Assembly: GCA_964016885.1 (NCBI GenBank)
Contig: OZ024747.1
Coordinates: forward strand, 34,844,001 to 34,908,000
Direction: 5' to 3'
DNA from: Eledone cirrhosa
Lineage: Eukaryota
Length of the DNA stretch: 64,000 bases
This document shows positions 1 through 14,128 of this stretch, in pieces. A program made the position numbers and the translations under genes. Positions within the stretch are counted from its first letter, which is position 1, and the number at the start of each line of letters is the position of its first letter. The notes under the pieces are model-generated. The model was not told the DNA's origin, did no database searches, and worked only from the letters and a program-made list of their open reading frames with translations.

Positions 1-812
1 CCACGCACGGATACTGTACACACATACAGCAAGATGAACAATACAGGTGACCTTGTGGGTGCGATATCCATTGTGCGCATGCAGTCATCTGCATAGCTCC
101 AGGCACAGTTGGTCTTGTTGAAAAGTTCCGAGTTTACGAATCAACTGGGATTCACTATCAGCTGTTTGGACTCTCTGGGAAATGTACCCGTGGATCAAAT
201 AGCTAGTGGTCGCAGGGTGTGGTCCGTTCGATCTTTTCCATCTAGTTTCGGTCGTGCGAGTTATTAATCCATGCGTGGAATTGCACGCGTTTGCGATAGA
301 TCAGCCTGCCGGTTCTACATCCAAGGTTTTGCTGTATAGGATATATTGGTGTACCAGTCGCGTGTGAACTTGGAATTGGTGAGACGTGGGGATAATAGCG
401 AGAGACGCAATATACCACCCCAGTCAAGTCCATACTGGACTTTTTTACCAATATATCATGTACACCAATATATCCTATACAGCAAAACCTTGGATGTAGA
501 ACCGGCAGGCTGATCAATCGCAAAAGCGTGCAATCCCACGCATGGATTAATAACTGGCACGACCGAAACTACATGGAAAAGATCGACCGGACCACACCCT
601 GCGACCACTAGCTATTTGATCCACGGGTACATTTCCCAGAGATTCCACACAGCTGATAGTGAATCCCAGTTGATTCGTAAACTCGGAACTTTTCAACAAG
701 ACCAAATGTGCCTGGAGCTATGCAGATGACTGCATGCGCACAATGGATATCGCACCTACAAGGTCACCTGTATTGTTCATCTTGCTGTATGTGTGTAGAG
801 TATCCGTGAGTG
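1..812. repeat. Long inverted repeat, arms ~1-354 and ~460-812
   Basis: CACGCACGGATACTGTACACACATACAGCAAGATGAAC... at the window start is the near-exact reverse complement of ~757-812; the match continues to GTAC at 354/460. Confidence 0.9.
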
Positions 813-1041
813 TGATATCCCTGAGTAAATTTGCTTGACTGTTAATTGGTTATTGATTGTTTGTTAATTAGGCAGGAATATAATATATTATTATGTCTTT
901 GTTAATCCTATATATTGCTGTATGTGTGTAAAGTATCCGTGCGTAGGATATCGCTGAGTAAATTTGCTTGACTGTTAATTGTTTATTGATTGTTTATTAA
1001 TTAGGCAGGAATATATTATTATGTCTTTGTTAATCCTATAT
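782..1041 (+). repeat. ~133-bp tandem duplication
   Basis: TTGCTGTATGTGTGT...GTTAATCCTATAT occurs at ~782 and ~915. Confidence 0.85.
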
Positions 1042-2250
1042 TAATAATTTTTTGATAATACATTATTAGATTACTGAAGCTATTTTATACCTTCTTAAAA
1101 ATACATTTTATAATTATTGTCTTTTTGCTTATATATTTCTTACTTATCATTTTCTTTAATCTTGCCCAACTTGATAAGCTCCTTGAATTGCTCCTTAATT
1201 AGATTACTTAAATTACTTTATTTATTATACCTAAGTTGTTGTATCTGTTGAAGCAGCCCTTTGAACATTCCTCGGATCTCCCAAATCGCGTAATTTTTAA
1301 TTTTTAATTTGTAATTTTCCTCAATTCACTTATATATATTTTTAAAGGTTCTCTAAAATGTTAATTCTTTGAATGGTCTTTCGGAAGAGGTTTTTATTAA
1401 AAATATTAAAAGGGCCTTTTCTGAGGGATTTTTTGAAGGCTTTTTGAATTAACCTTTAATTGATTAATTTCTTTCAACTATTTATTTCTTAATTTTTAAA
1501 ATTAAATTTAATGATCAACCTCTTAATCTTTAATTTTTAATCTTGGATATATAAGATTGCTTAATCTTAAATTCATTAATTTTTTTAAATTCTGGATTTG
1601 GAACTCTTAAGATTCAAATCCTAACTTAAAACTTAATGTTTATATTATGGATTCCCTAAATCATTAACTCTATTAACCTCTTAAATCTTATTGAAAGTTC
1701 TTTTCCCCAATTTTTAATTTTTAATTTTTAATTTTTGAGTTTAGAACTTTCGTAGGGATTATTAAATCTTCGTAAATGTTCTAAACATTTTTAAGGGGAT
1801 CTCTTAGAAAAAACATTTTTTTTTTTCTTTTGAAATAATTTTTTAGGAAACTTTTTATTTTTTATATTTTATTTTTTTATTTATTTATTTATTTTTTTAT
1901 TCTCTTAATCTCTTCTGGTTTGTTAGGTTTATTGGGGCTTATAAGCTTTATGCGCTTATTGAGGGATTTTTTAAGGTGCTTTTACGAGAACCCAAATCTT
2001 TTACTTTTAATGCGTAACATATAAATTCTTTAATTTTTAACCTTCAACAACTAACTCTTAGGCCCTTTTCAAATTCTCTTAACTCCCTATAACCCATCCC
2101 TTTTACAACTCCTACAACTAATGTAAAAGAGCCCCCTTAGAATATAGACACCAAATATACAAGCTGAGCTGTTGATGTATACCACGATTTCAAACTGCTA
2201 ATCTTGAGTGAAACGTTGATCTAAATAATGAACTTACAATCACTTGTTAT

Positions 2251-2300
2251 ATGCCTTGAAAAGTCCGACCATATGGTCGGACGAAAAGGCTGTCGACAAT
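2251..2300 (+). ncRNA. Type-I hammerhead-like motif, U3:A8 core variant
   Basis: TTGAAAA core, perfect 8-bp stem II GTCCGACC-ATAT-GGTCGGAC, GAAA...GTC, then AATAAA; stems I and III imperfect. Confidence 0.55.
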
Positions 2301-2889
2301 AAACTTGTTACAATGTCATAATAGTTCCTTTGTTCTTTTTCATTAATATTTCTGCTCTGCTTATACGCATAGAACTTAAATAGCTACCGTCGCATATTTT
2401 GTAGGTCAGGCGTAATCATCGCGATTTACGTACGACCTACCATACGTCTTGCTATATATATATATATAGAACTTTTGCATATATATATATATATATTTTT
2501 TTTTAAGATACCTTACGAATGTGTAGACGGGTCATGCTGTTTAGTAAACTATGATATACTAAATTAAACAAGTCGACTTTATGCAAATCATCCATCCAGT
2601 GAATCTATTGTGAAGATCACCCAGCCGTTTTTTGCCCGAAAATGACAGGCATATTTTGAAGATATGGGGATAAGTTATTCAGAGCGCCCGATGGCAACAC
2701 CTTTTCCGTCGTTTAAAGGTCTTCACCCTATTCTGTAAGCTATATTCAAAGCATTTTTGCGTTTGAGGATTTTCCTTGTATATATATACATATATTCTCG
2801 GAGCTTCGGCGTCATATATTGTTTGTATGCATTATATATTCCTTTCATATACTGCACCGATTGTGTTGTTATTTCTGTTTACCTTTTAC

Positions 2890-2897
2890 ACACACAT

Positions 2898-2932
<35 letters not shown>

Positions 2933-3480
2933 GTGTATGTAGTACGGTGAAATACTGGCGTTGGTACCAAATCAAGCACTCGGTTCACAGGCAGAGTGTA
3001 TATAATAGAAAAAACGGGGAAGTTTCGTTTACATATGAAAAATAATTATTGCATATATGTATGCATATGTGCATGAACATGTATGTGTTTGTGTGTGCGT
3101 ATGTATAAGTGCGTGTCTCTGTGTGCGCGTATGTATATGTGTGTCTCTCTGTGTGCATACATATGTGTGTGTGTGTATGTTTACATATGGCTGTGTTTCC
3201 GTGTGTGTGTACGTGTGTATATATACATGTGAGTGTGTAAGCATGCGTCAGTGCATGTGGCTGTATTTATGTAGGTATGAATGGACATGTATGTATGTAT
3301 GTATGCATGTCTGTTCATGTATGTATGTATGCATGTCTGTGTATGTATGTCTGCATATATGTAAGTATATGTATGTATATGTGTGTGTATATATATATAT
3401 ATGTATGTGTATATATGTGACTGTGTGTGTGTATATATATATATATATGTGTGATCTATGTGTGTGTGTATACACACTTA
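2890..3480. repeat. Degenerate (TG/TA)n simple repeat
   Basis: Alternating purine-pyrimidine tract. Confidence 0.9.
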
Positions 3481-3937
3481 TATGCGGGCTCCTCTGTTTG
3501 CGTGTCTGTATGTCTATGCTAGCCTGTCTATGTGGTTAAATGTCTACATCTTACAAATACTATCCATAACCAGACAACCCCTTTTTAAAAGTTATTTGAC
3601 CAAAACATGAAATGTCTTTACCGACACGATAAACTAGCACGGGGTCGTCCAAGCGTGACACACCCCACGAATCCCTGCTTCCTGTTTACAAAAAAAGTCT
3701 TTGACTGACTAATACACATTCCGAAACGTGCCCACACGTGCGGTACACACACCAGAATCCTTAATTGCACTCAAGTAAAAACACCCATGAGTATCGCTGA
3801 ATACAGAACCGTTCTGCCGCCCTGCCAATTACACCAAAATGCACAGAAACGCTCACACACAAAAGATAGGGCCGATACCCATATATATACCTTTTCGGCC
3901 AACATACCACACCAAAAATATATCTTTTATCGCATCA

Positions 3938-4032
3938 CCAGTCTGAGGGGTAGATCGATAAATACTGTAGTCTGATCAATATCTCCTATGGGTCTCCTTG
4001 AGTCAATCCTCTGCGAAACGCGCGTAACAGAT
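3938..4032 (+). ncRNA. Degenerate hammerhead-like motif
   Basis: CTGAGGG-GTAGA...TCTGC-GAAA-CGCGCG-TA (palindromic stem III), AATAAA at 4041; core and stem I carry mismatches. Confidence 0.35.
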
Positions 4033-4112
4033 CGAGACGCAATAAATTATTTTCATATGTAAACGAAACTTCCTCCTCGTTTTTTCTATTATATACATAC
4101 ACACACACACAC

Positions 4113-4148
<36 letters not shown>

Positions 4149-4193
4149 CATATATATATACATATTTACACATATATATATATATATATACAC

Positions 4194-4342
<149 letters not shown>

Positions 4343-6039
4343 TTCCCTCGCATACACACACGCACATATATAAATATGTGTGTGTGTGTGTGTGTATAAT
4401 TAGAGATTTATTTCATCAGAGAGAGACAAATTATGAAACATATTTAGTTGCCAAATATATCTTTCCAACTTGTCAAATGTAATCTTACGTCAAATGTAAA
4501 TTATAACAGATCAGATCTGGTTATAAAAGGAAGAGATTAAGATCTATTGTTTGTAGTGCTTTATGCCATTATTTTTCTTACTCTCATCTTTGTAGGAATC
4601 AATAATATGACTAAATCTTTTGATACCAACTACAAAAACTTGCGTATAACGAGAGAAAATATACGACTTGGATTCTTCCAATACAGAACGTTTTCCTCTA
4701 ATTGTATTCATATTCTAAAGTATCATTTCTTTTTTTTTTTACTCAAAACCAACTTTGCTAATATACGTCTAAAGACTACGAAATTAAACATTGTACTGTG
4801 CATCTTCATACACATGTAATAACTACATTACAAATGTTTGATATAATAAATTTAACATATTCTTTACTGCAGTCATAGACCGATTATAACTCGTAAGCTT
4901 ATTTATTCGTAGCAAATTCTTTAGTATTATATATTTCATGATATTAAATGATGATTAAAAAAAGAAGCCAATAATTATTCTTAATCATTTTAACAATTAC
5001 AGCCTGTTGTATTTACTGCTTGCTATGCAGTGTTCCAACACTCATAATAGCACATAGTGGGGGAATATGCATTTATATTTCATATAAACTACCTACACAA
5101 ACGCATGGAGACTTCTGTCAATTTGTTGGTTAGTTGCATTCATGTAGATTTACTGTTCAACATCATGGAGGAACAATTATCATCCTATGTTTTGTACCTA
5201 CAAAACAGCAGACGATAATTTCCATCATGACATAACATAAAGAGCTTAAACGACGAAATGATTGTTTAGTAAAAAAAAACACTTTTTATATCTGACGGGT
5301 AATATTTTATGTTTTGTCAGACTCTGTTTCGAAATTATATCAAATAAATTAGGAGATGCGTAGGTTTTAATTTGAAAGGACCTTGCTGGTGTGGTAGAAA
5401 CGAGAGCTAAATCGATAAAAAATGTATATTTTGTTGCGTAGAAAAATATGTTTAGAAAGTCAAACATATGCAAATGCGTACCATAATGTATAATGCATTA
5501 CGTTACAAGAATGTTGATTCAATAAAATATATGCATGCGTAAAGTAATGCCTTAATATGCTTCAAACAATTCCCTCCAAAATATCACCACCAAAAACAGT
5601 ACATTGCAAAGGTGTTCAAATTATATAGTCAAATTCAGAGTTATATTGCCACCAGAGATATTATATGCATTGACTACACAGTAAGCAGCAGAAGTACCTC
5701 GGTACTAAATTAGAAACGTCAGTCTCGGGATACTCAAAATGGCATATATTGACCAAAGGAATAAGATCAAATTCTGATCTCGCAATATCCATGACTTAGA
5801 TTATTTAATTAATAAAACAAGTTATACATGAAATATTTCATGATAACTTGTTTTATCTCACTCACGGTATATACATAATAGTAATAATAATAATAATCAG
5901 AACCTTGGTGGAAGAAACGACTGAATATTCAAATAAAGGAAATGACTTAGAGATAAATTAATTAATAAAGCAAGTTATGAAATGTTTCATGATAACATGT
6001 TTTATCTCACTCACGTTATATACAAAATAGTAATAATAA

Positions 6040-8140
6040 TGATAATAATGATTTCATTTATTGGACACAAGGGCCGACATATAGGGTTCAATACAAAAGG
6101 CTAGGACAGTGGGGTTTTACAGAAAAATCGAGTAAACTATATGAATAACAATATCAAAGTAACGATAAAAATAAAAGAAAAATTCCATCACAGGGGGGAT
6201 AACCACCAAGGGTTCGCTCAGGTATCCCAACAATCCTGAACGACCCGACGCTTCGAGCGCACCCTGAAAGGGCACCCCTCTCCTCCTCAAATTTACGCAC
6301 CTACAGGCGCATGACAGGAGTAGGCCCACTCACACGGGCCATTCTCGCCACATTCAGCCACCTTTCAGCAAATGTACTGGGGAGGGGGCAGCCCTTCTCT
6401 CTCCACCCTCCTTTCCAAGTGAATCTTGAAAAAGTTGATGAGGGATTGCCCGAAGAGAAAAGTGTCTGTCTTTCAGTCCTTTCAACCTCGTCCACCATAC
6501 AACCTCTTTCCCTACTGCCACCAGACAGAGGAAAATGTCCAGCCCTTCTGGCCAAAAGAAGGCGGGCAGCCGATCTTCACTATGGACTCGGCCGATGGCC
6601 GGATCCGTTCTACACGCGACAACAACTGTTCGACATAACTCCATAAGTCAGTAATGCACATACACTGGACGAGTGCGTGCAGAACGGTTTCGTCGCTCTG
6701 CGCGCATTTCGGGAAGGTCCGTCTGACAGCACTTCCGTGCCTGTAGAGTTTATCTCTAACCGGCAGTGGCCATTAATTTTGACCACCGAACAGGTGCCGT
6801 TGTGCTTTGTAGCGATGCAGCTTCTGAAGACGGGGCCGAAGCCAGCCTCCTTGACGACAGCCTCCAGGTACCGATGGTCGACCTATCCATTGCTTTCGAT
6901 TGATCTAAATTGATCAGAGCCCCACCGAAGCCAGGTTTAAACCCTAACCTCTCTATGATGTATCGCATCAAGTGGAGGTTTTCGTGTATGGACCTGGTTG
7001 GGATGGCGCAAGTTTGCGCCTCCCCAACCAAATCCCGACGACAAACGCTAACCTCTTCGCTAACACCCAGGCCTAAATCTTAAACTCTGTGTTGAGCAGG
7101 GTTATGGGCATGAAATTGTCAAGTGTGTCCCTCTTGTTATCGTCATTCCTTATCAGCGTCACTACGCCCCTCTCACAGAACTGCTAATACTCTCGTTTAG
7201 CTGCCAGTTGCAGTAGAGGTCTTCGAGGAGATTGGAGAACACGTCTAGCATATTTACGTAAAGCTCGTAGGGCAGACCATCCAAAAGGGGTGACTTGCGC
7301 TCCATGCAGCCGACAAGGGCATCCTGAATCTCGGCTGAAAATATCGGCCTTTCGCAGCGCCCAGCGTCGGCCGCCGAGAGTTGCGGCAAGCCATCGAGGT
7401 AGGGACTGAAGTCCGCCACCGTCTCTGACCCGCCACTTCCGCCGAACAACCGAGCGAATTGTTGGCGAAAGGCTTCACACACCCGCTGGGAATCACTCAG
7501 CTCGTGTCCGTATCCGTCCGTCAAAGACCGTATCGTGGTTTTATTACCACGCTGCGTCTCTGCCAGGCGGGCCCATCGAACAGCTTTAGTTCCCTCGTTT
7601 CTTAGAGCACGCGCCATAGCTCTAACCATGTAACCTTCGTGTTTCGCATTGAAGGAATGGTCTAATGCCATTCTCGCCGCCAGCACGTTAGTTGCAATGC
7701 CACTACCAATAGCCACGCCTAACTTATCTACTAACTCCCCCTCCTGTCTATTTTTCTCTAATGCTACTTCTTTGCTAAACTCTATCGACATTACTCTAAT
7801 CTCTCTTTTGAGAGCCCCCCACCATCTGTAGTTGACGACTCCCCCTGTCAACTTTTTATTCACTAAATTGTTGACCTGGTCACTGTAAGCCTTACGTGCA
7901 GGAAATGATATGTTTAGCTTCCAGTAACCAGGTTCTAATCTACGCGTCTTATCTAGGTCGACCATACAGATCACAAACCTGTGATCTGAATAGGCGACCG
8001 TTTTAAAACGTGGACATCTTACACTATTTCTGTCTATTTTCCTAATGAATACCCTGTCTATATACGATCTAGATGACCCTCTGCGCTTAGTCCAGATCCA
8101 CACTGACACATTAGGGAAATCTAGTCGGTACCTTTCAGAC
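6040..8140 (-). mobile_element. 5'-truncated Tx1/L1-like LINE (APE end + RT, internally deleted)
   Basis: ORF 7162-8151 (SYIDRVF, YSDH, GYWKLN, KSPLLDGLPYELY); 6756-7031 (QTCAIPTRSIHENL, LDQSKA); same family as 30425-35745 with ~1 kb missing near 6772; (ATT)n tail. Confidence 0.9.
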
Positions 8141-9330
8141 CATGGTGCCAAAAGCCTTTATCAGATCCTGCACCAGTTTCTGGTAGTTTTCAGCTCTGTA
8201 GTTGCCCAGGAAGCCCTTAACAACTGCCTTGAAACAGTTCCATGCTGTTCTCTCAATCCTATCGAGATTATTGGAGAACTCGGTAGACTCAAACACCTTC
8301 TTTATCTGAGGTCCAACAAAAATTCCACCTTTGATTTTGGCCTCAGATATCTTGGGGAATAACTCAAGAAGGTACTTAAAAGCGGCTGATTCTTGGTTGA
8401 GAGCCTTCACAAACTGCTTCATCAACCCCAACTTAATCTGCAGTGGCAGCATGAGCACAATCCTGGGATCAACGAGTGGCGCCCACATGACGTTCCCAAC
8501 TACCAATTCTGTTCGCTGCTCCCAGTTCTTTCTTTTGTTGTGGTCAGAGGTGGGTCTGCTGTCCCAAAGGCAGAGGAAGCATTGGCATTTGATAACGCTT
8601 CCTTGGAGTCCAAGACAGAAAGCCACCATCTTGAAGTCTCCAATGATTTCCCAATTGTAATGGTTGTATTGTAGAGCTTCCAAGAGGACTTTCACACTGT
8701 AGTACCTCCATCAGGCAGACTGGATAAGCTAGGGGCAGTGTCGGGAACTTGTTTCCATTGTGGGGAGGACAGCCTTCAAACTTGTGGTGGAGCTGTCTAT
8801 AATTAGCCGCCACTCCTTGGGCACAAACTGTACCCCAATAACGTTAAACAGTCCAGGCACACCATGGCAGAAGCAGAGGCCATCCCTAAGAGTAAACGCT
8901 TGAGAAAGGTTCGTGTCGACTTCTGTGACTTGTCACCTGCACTTCCTCCTTGACCAACTTCCACTGCTTCATTCTGGAGACGAATACTTAAAACACAACT
9001 TACCCTTTATTCAGGGTGCGAAAATCCAGTATTTTTAATTCACTTTTTAACAATTTTATACTTTATTGAACTTTTATAATTTTCTTTGTTTTATAATTTT
9101 AATTTAACCTGAAACATATATAAAAAAATCATTTAACATTAGCAAATTAAACTTACATACAGCGTGAAATCCAGCATACAAATAATTCTAGTGAATAGCT
9201 TAGAATTTTTACAAACCCAAACTTTTAACTCTTTAATAGCACTTTTTTCTAATTTATTTGGGACCTAAGCAACAAAAACAAGTGATTACAAGCCAAGATC
9301 AGAGAAAAAAAATGTTTTTGGTACACGGTG
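8141..9330 (-). mobile_element. Chapaev3-like (CMC) DNA transposon relic with transposase fragment at ~8141-8815
   Basis: WEIIGDFKMVAF.LGLQG...CFLCLWDSR, LPLQIKLGLMKQFVKAL, EAKIKGGIFVGPQIK and GFLGNYRAENY match Chapaev3 transposases as I recall them; the minus-strand end begins CACCGTGTACCAAAAAC at 9330; the other end may be CACAGT at 5677 (uncertain). Confidence 0.75.
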
Positions 9331-9461
9331 TAATCGTAGTAAGGCTAACAGTAGTACGATTTTAAGTATGTAATGTGTTTCCGTCATTATGTGATTGACA
9401 GTGTATTGTGGCAATACACTCTCACTCACACACACCTACATAAATATATGTTTGTGTCCTC

Positions 9462-9509
<48 letters not shown>

Positions 9510-9510
<1 letters not shown>

Positions 9511-10118
9511 GTCAGGTCACCAGCTGGTGCTACTGGTTACATGTATCCCAGTACAACCTGTCTCATGGTCGGGTCGTTGGCGACTAAACTGGCAGCCCCA
9601 CCAAGGTTTCTTGGTGAGGAGGGTGACTTTGGACATCCTGCAGGACTAAAAACAAAACCTGTCAAAGGGCAAAGGAGCTCTTAAGAGTCAATGGCCATCC
9701 ATAATCACCGGTAGAGATGACCCCTTAGCCTTTGTCAAGGCAGAATTCTGGGAGAAGGAAAACTCTGATATAACACCTGCAACCCTGATGGTATCCAATG
9801 ATGTTGACTTGTTCTTCTTTTTGGTAAATATCATATTGGTTAAGAGAGTGGGACTGGCTTTGTGCAGTGCCTTTGCTCACTATAAAAGCTTCACGGCACA
9901 TGCATTGCTTTATATCTGGAGATCTCTCTGCACTTGTCGTCACATGGTACCATGGGCCCAGCACTATGTGTCAATAATTGTCACAAGTGTAGTGTTTGTA
10001 CCAGAGTTTTCAAGTCGCTGGCTGGACTAAAAAGTCACACTCGTTCAGTGCATCGGTAGGGGTTCTCCTACATGGATATAAAGTAGTGGCCGTACTCGAA
10101 AACGAGTTGGCAGCCACC
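9510..10118 (+). mobile_element. Non-autonomous short interspersed element, probably RTE-derived
   Basis: ~610-bp non-coding unit between (TA)n tracts ending GCAGCCACC; reverse-strand copies at 10184-10260 and 23330-23732. Confidence 0.6.
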
Positions 10119-10123
10119 ATATA

Positions 10124-10179
<56 letters not shown>

Positions 10180-10561
10180 CATATGGTGGCTGCCAACACG
10201 TTTTTGAGTACGGCCACTACTTTATATCCATGTAGGAGAACCCCTACTGATGCGCTGAACTTATACATACATATATACAGTCAAATTTAGTGATTTAATC
10301 CTGGTATGTATATAAGCATTTCTAACTTTAATTTTACCTAATTATGTATGGTTGACCGTATATTTAATTAATTTCCACGTGCTGTTGAAATGTTGGGTAA
10401 CTATTCTATAGCGGTTGTACGCGTATTTATTTACTGTTTCTTCACAGATGCCTTTTATTCTTATAGCCTGGTCTAATTGATTTTTTGTTTGGTTAATTAT
10501 GGTGATTGGGAGTAGAGATCATATATGTATATTATCAAATAATTCTCTGGACATGCTTTAC

Positions 10562-10647
<86 letters not shown>

Positions 10648-10689
10648 TTTATATTTGTTGAACTTCCAACAAATGATATACCCTTTCTA

Positions 10690-11954
<1,265 letters not shown>

Positions 11955-12112
11955 ATACTTTGGGAGGGTCATGTTGCCAATAAGAAACACACGCACCAGT
12001 TCCTTTCACTTCAATTTATTATATATTTATAAATTTATAAATTTACAAATCTACAAACTTATAAATTTCTGGTTGGTTGGTTGGTTCCACAACCAGATAG
12101 TTGTTTATATAT

Positions 12113-12157
12113 AGTCATAGTCCTTTCGTCACACACTCTGTGACCTCTTCAGTGACT
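12113..12157 (-). ncRNA. Minimal type-I hammerhead (pLTR family A)
   Basis: Reverse complement of the motif at 14084-14128. Confidence 0.7.
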
Positions 12158-12462
12158 GGGGATTCCTTTCTTTGTTTCTGTGCCTTTCCTTTCTTCTATC
12201 CTACGCCATTTTGTTTCTGTGTGTGTGTTGTGTGCTCGGTTTGCGCATGTGGCACATCCGGGTGTCTGTGTGTGTTTGTGTTCATTTATCTATTTGTTTA
12301 TTTATTTATTTATTTATTGTTGGTTGGTTGTTTGTTTGTTCTATGTGTGTGTGTGTTTTCATTTTGTCCTGTGTGTGTTTTCATTTTGTCCTTAATTGTA
12401 AGTAGTTTGTTCTATGTGTGTGTGTGTTTTCATTTTGTCCTGTGTGTGTTTTCATTTTGTCC

Positions 12463-13005
12463 TTAATTGTAAGTTGTGATGTTGCTGTTCCACTCATATT
12501 TTCTATTTAATTTTGGTTGTAATTCTTTTATGCTTACTGCCTCTGTAATTTGCCTAAACATTGCATCTTTTCTGTGTGTGGATTCTATTTTTATTTCTAT
12601 GTTCTCTAATCTACCCCTGTGTTCTATCTTAGCATGTTGGTAGAGCACAGATGATTCTTTATTATCTTGAAGGTCTCGCCAGTGTTCATTTATTCGTTCC
12701 CCTATACTACGAGCTGTCTCACCTATGTACACTATATTTTTGTTTCTACATTGTCCTTCAGTACATCTTATGCTATACACTACATTTCTAGTTTTACAGC
12801 TAACATGGGGGCTTATTTTACAGGTTATACATTTCTTATCTATACATGAGGGTCTTTGGAACGGGTATGTCTTGCTAATAAGTGTTTTTACGGAGGTACC
12901 TGGTCTTTCTACTATCTTAATATTGAGTTTATGTTTATTTAGGGCCCTTCTAAATTTGTAGGCTAGTTCGCACATGCGGGACACATTTCTCATCACCGGT
13001 ACCAA
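12463..13005 (-). CDS. PLE C-terminal fragment: Cys-rich linker + GIY-YIG endonuclease
   Basis: CIDKKCITC, NVVYSIRC...YIGETARSIGERINEH, RQITEAVSI, LNRKYEW. Confidence 0.85.
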   Translation of the reverse strand: MVPVMRNVSRMCELAYKFRRALNKHKLNIKIVERPGTSVKTLISKTYPFQRPSCIDKKCITCKISPHVSCKTRNVVYSIRCTEGQCRNKNIVYIGETARSIGERINEHWRDLQDNKESSVLYQHAKIEHRGRLENIEIKIESTHRKDAMFRQITEAVSIKELQPKLNRKYEWNSNITTYN

Positions 13006-13016
13006 ATCTTGCGGAT

Positions 13017-13787
13017 TTGGTACGGGTGATGAGAAATGTGTCCCGCATGTGCAACCCCGAAGAACTATACAGACACATACAACACTTCATCCACCGTATG
13101 CAGTTCTCTGGCTACAATCAGAGAGATAGAATCAGAGTGTATAGAGGAGCCAGAACCAAATGGGGAAAAATGGTAAATAATGACATAAATGGGACCTGCC
13201 CCTTGTATAGGAGCAACTTTTGGAATAGAATAGAAAGAACTAGGAACAAGGCCAATAGAATAAACTCATGGTATGATAGCAATAAATACCAGAGTGTAAT
13301 GTTCATCAATACAACCCCTAGAGGCGAACTAGCCTACAAATTTAGAAGGGCCCTAAATAAACATAAACTCAATATTAAGATAGTAGAAAGACCAGGTACC
13401 TCCGTAAAAACACTTATTAGCAAGACATACCCGTTCCAAAGACCCTCATGTATAGATAAGAAATGTATAACCTGTAAAATAAGCCCCCATATTAACTGTA
13501 AAACTAGAAATGTAGTGTATAGCATAAGATGTACTGAAGGACAATGTAGAAACAAAAATATAGTGTACATAGGTGAGACAGCTCGTAGTATAGGGGAACG
13601 AATAAATGAACACTGGCGAGACCTTCAAGATAATAAAGAATCATCTGTGCTCTACCAACATGCTAAGATAGAACACAGGGGTAGATTAGAGAACATAGAA
13701 ATAAAAATAGAATCCACACACAGAAAAGATGCAATGTTTAGGCAAATTACAGAGGCAGTAAGCATAAAAGAATTACAACCAAATTAA
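13017..13787 (+). CDS. PLE C-terminal fragment (RT thumb + GIY-YIG endonuclease)
   Basis: RMQFSGY, VVYSIRC/YIGET motifs; a 1-nt deletion near the end truncates it relative to the inverted copy. Confidence 0.85.
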   Translation: MVRVMRNVSRMCNPEELYRHIQHFIHRMQFSGYNQRDRIRVYRGARTKWGKMVNNDINGTCPLYRSNFWNRIERTRNKANRINSWYDSNKYQSVMFINTTPRGELAYKFRRALNKHKLNIKIVERPGTSVKTLISKTYPFQRPSCIDKKCITCKISPHINCKTRNVVYSIRCTEGQCRNKNIVYIGETARSIGERINEHWRDLQDNKESSVLYQHAKIEHRGRLENIEIKIESTHRKDAMFRQITEAVSIKELQPN

Positions 13788-14083
13788 ATAGAAAATATGA
13801 GTGGAACAGCAACATCACAACTTACAATTAAGGACAAAATGAAAACACACACAGGACAAAATGAAAACACACACAGGACAAAATGAAAACACACACACAC
13901 ATAGAACAAACAACCAACCAACAATAAATAAATAAATAAATAAACAAATAGATAAATGAACACAAACACACACAGACACCCGGATGTGGCACATGCGCAA
14001 ACCGAGCACACAACACACACACAGAAACAAAATGGCGTAGGATAGAAGAAAGGAAAGGCACAGAAACAAAGAAAGGAATCCCC

Positions 14084-14128
14084 AGTCACTGAAGAGGTCA
14101 CAGAGTGTGTGACGAAAGGACTATGACT
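14084..14128 (+). ncRNA. Minimal type-I hammerhead (pLTR family A)
   Basis: AGTCA-CTGAAGA-G-GTCACA-GAGTG-TGTGAC-GAAA-GGAC-TA-TGACT. Confidence 0.72.

Noticed and set aside
5090-5200. Possible minus-strand host exon (TTTTGTAG acceptor); similar at ~50000-50180
   Set aside because: Stops in all frames and no recognisable protein; cannot be supported without RNA data
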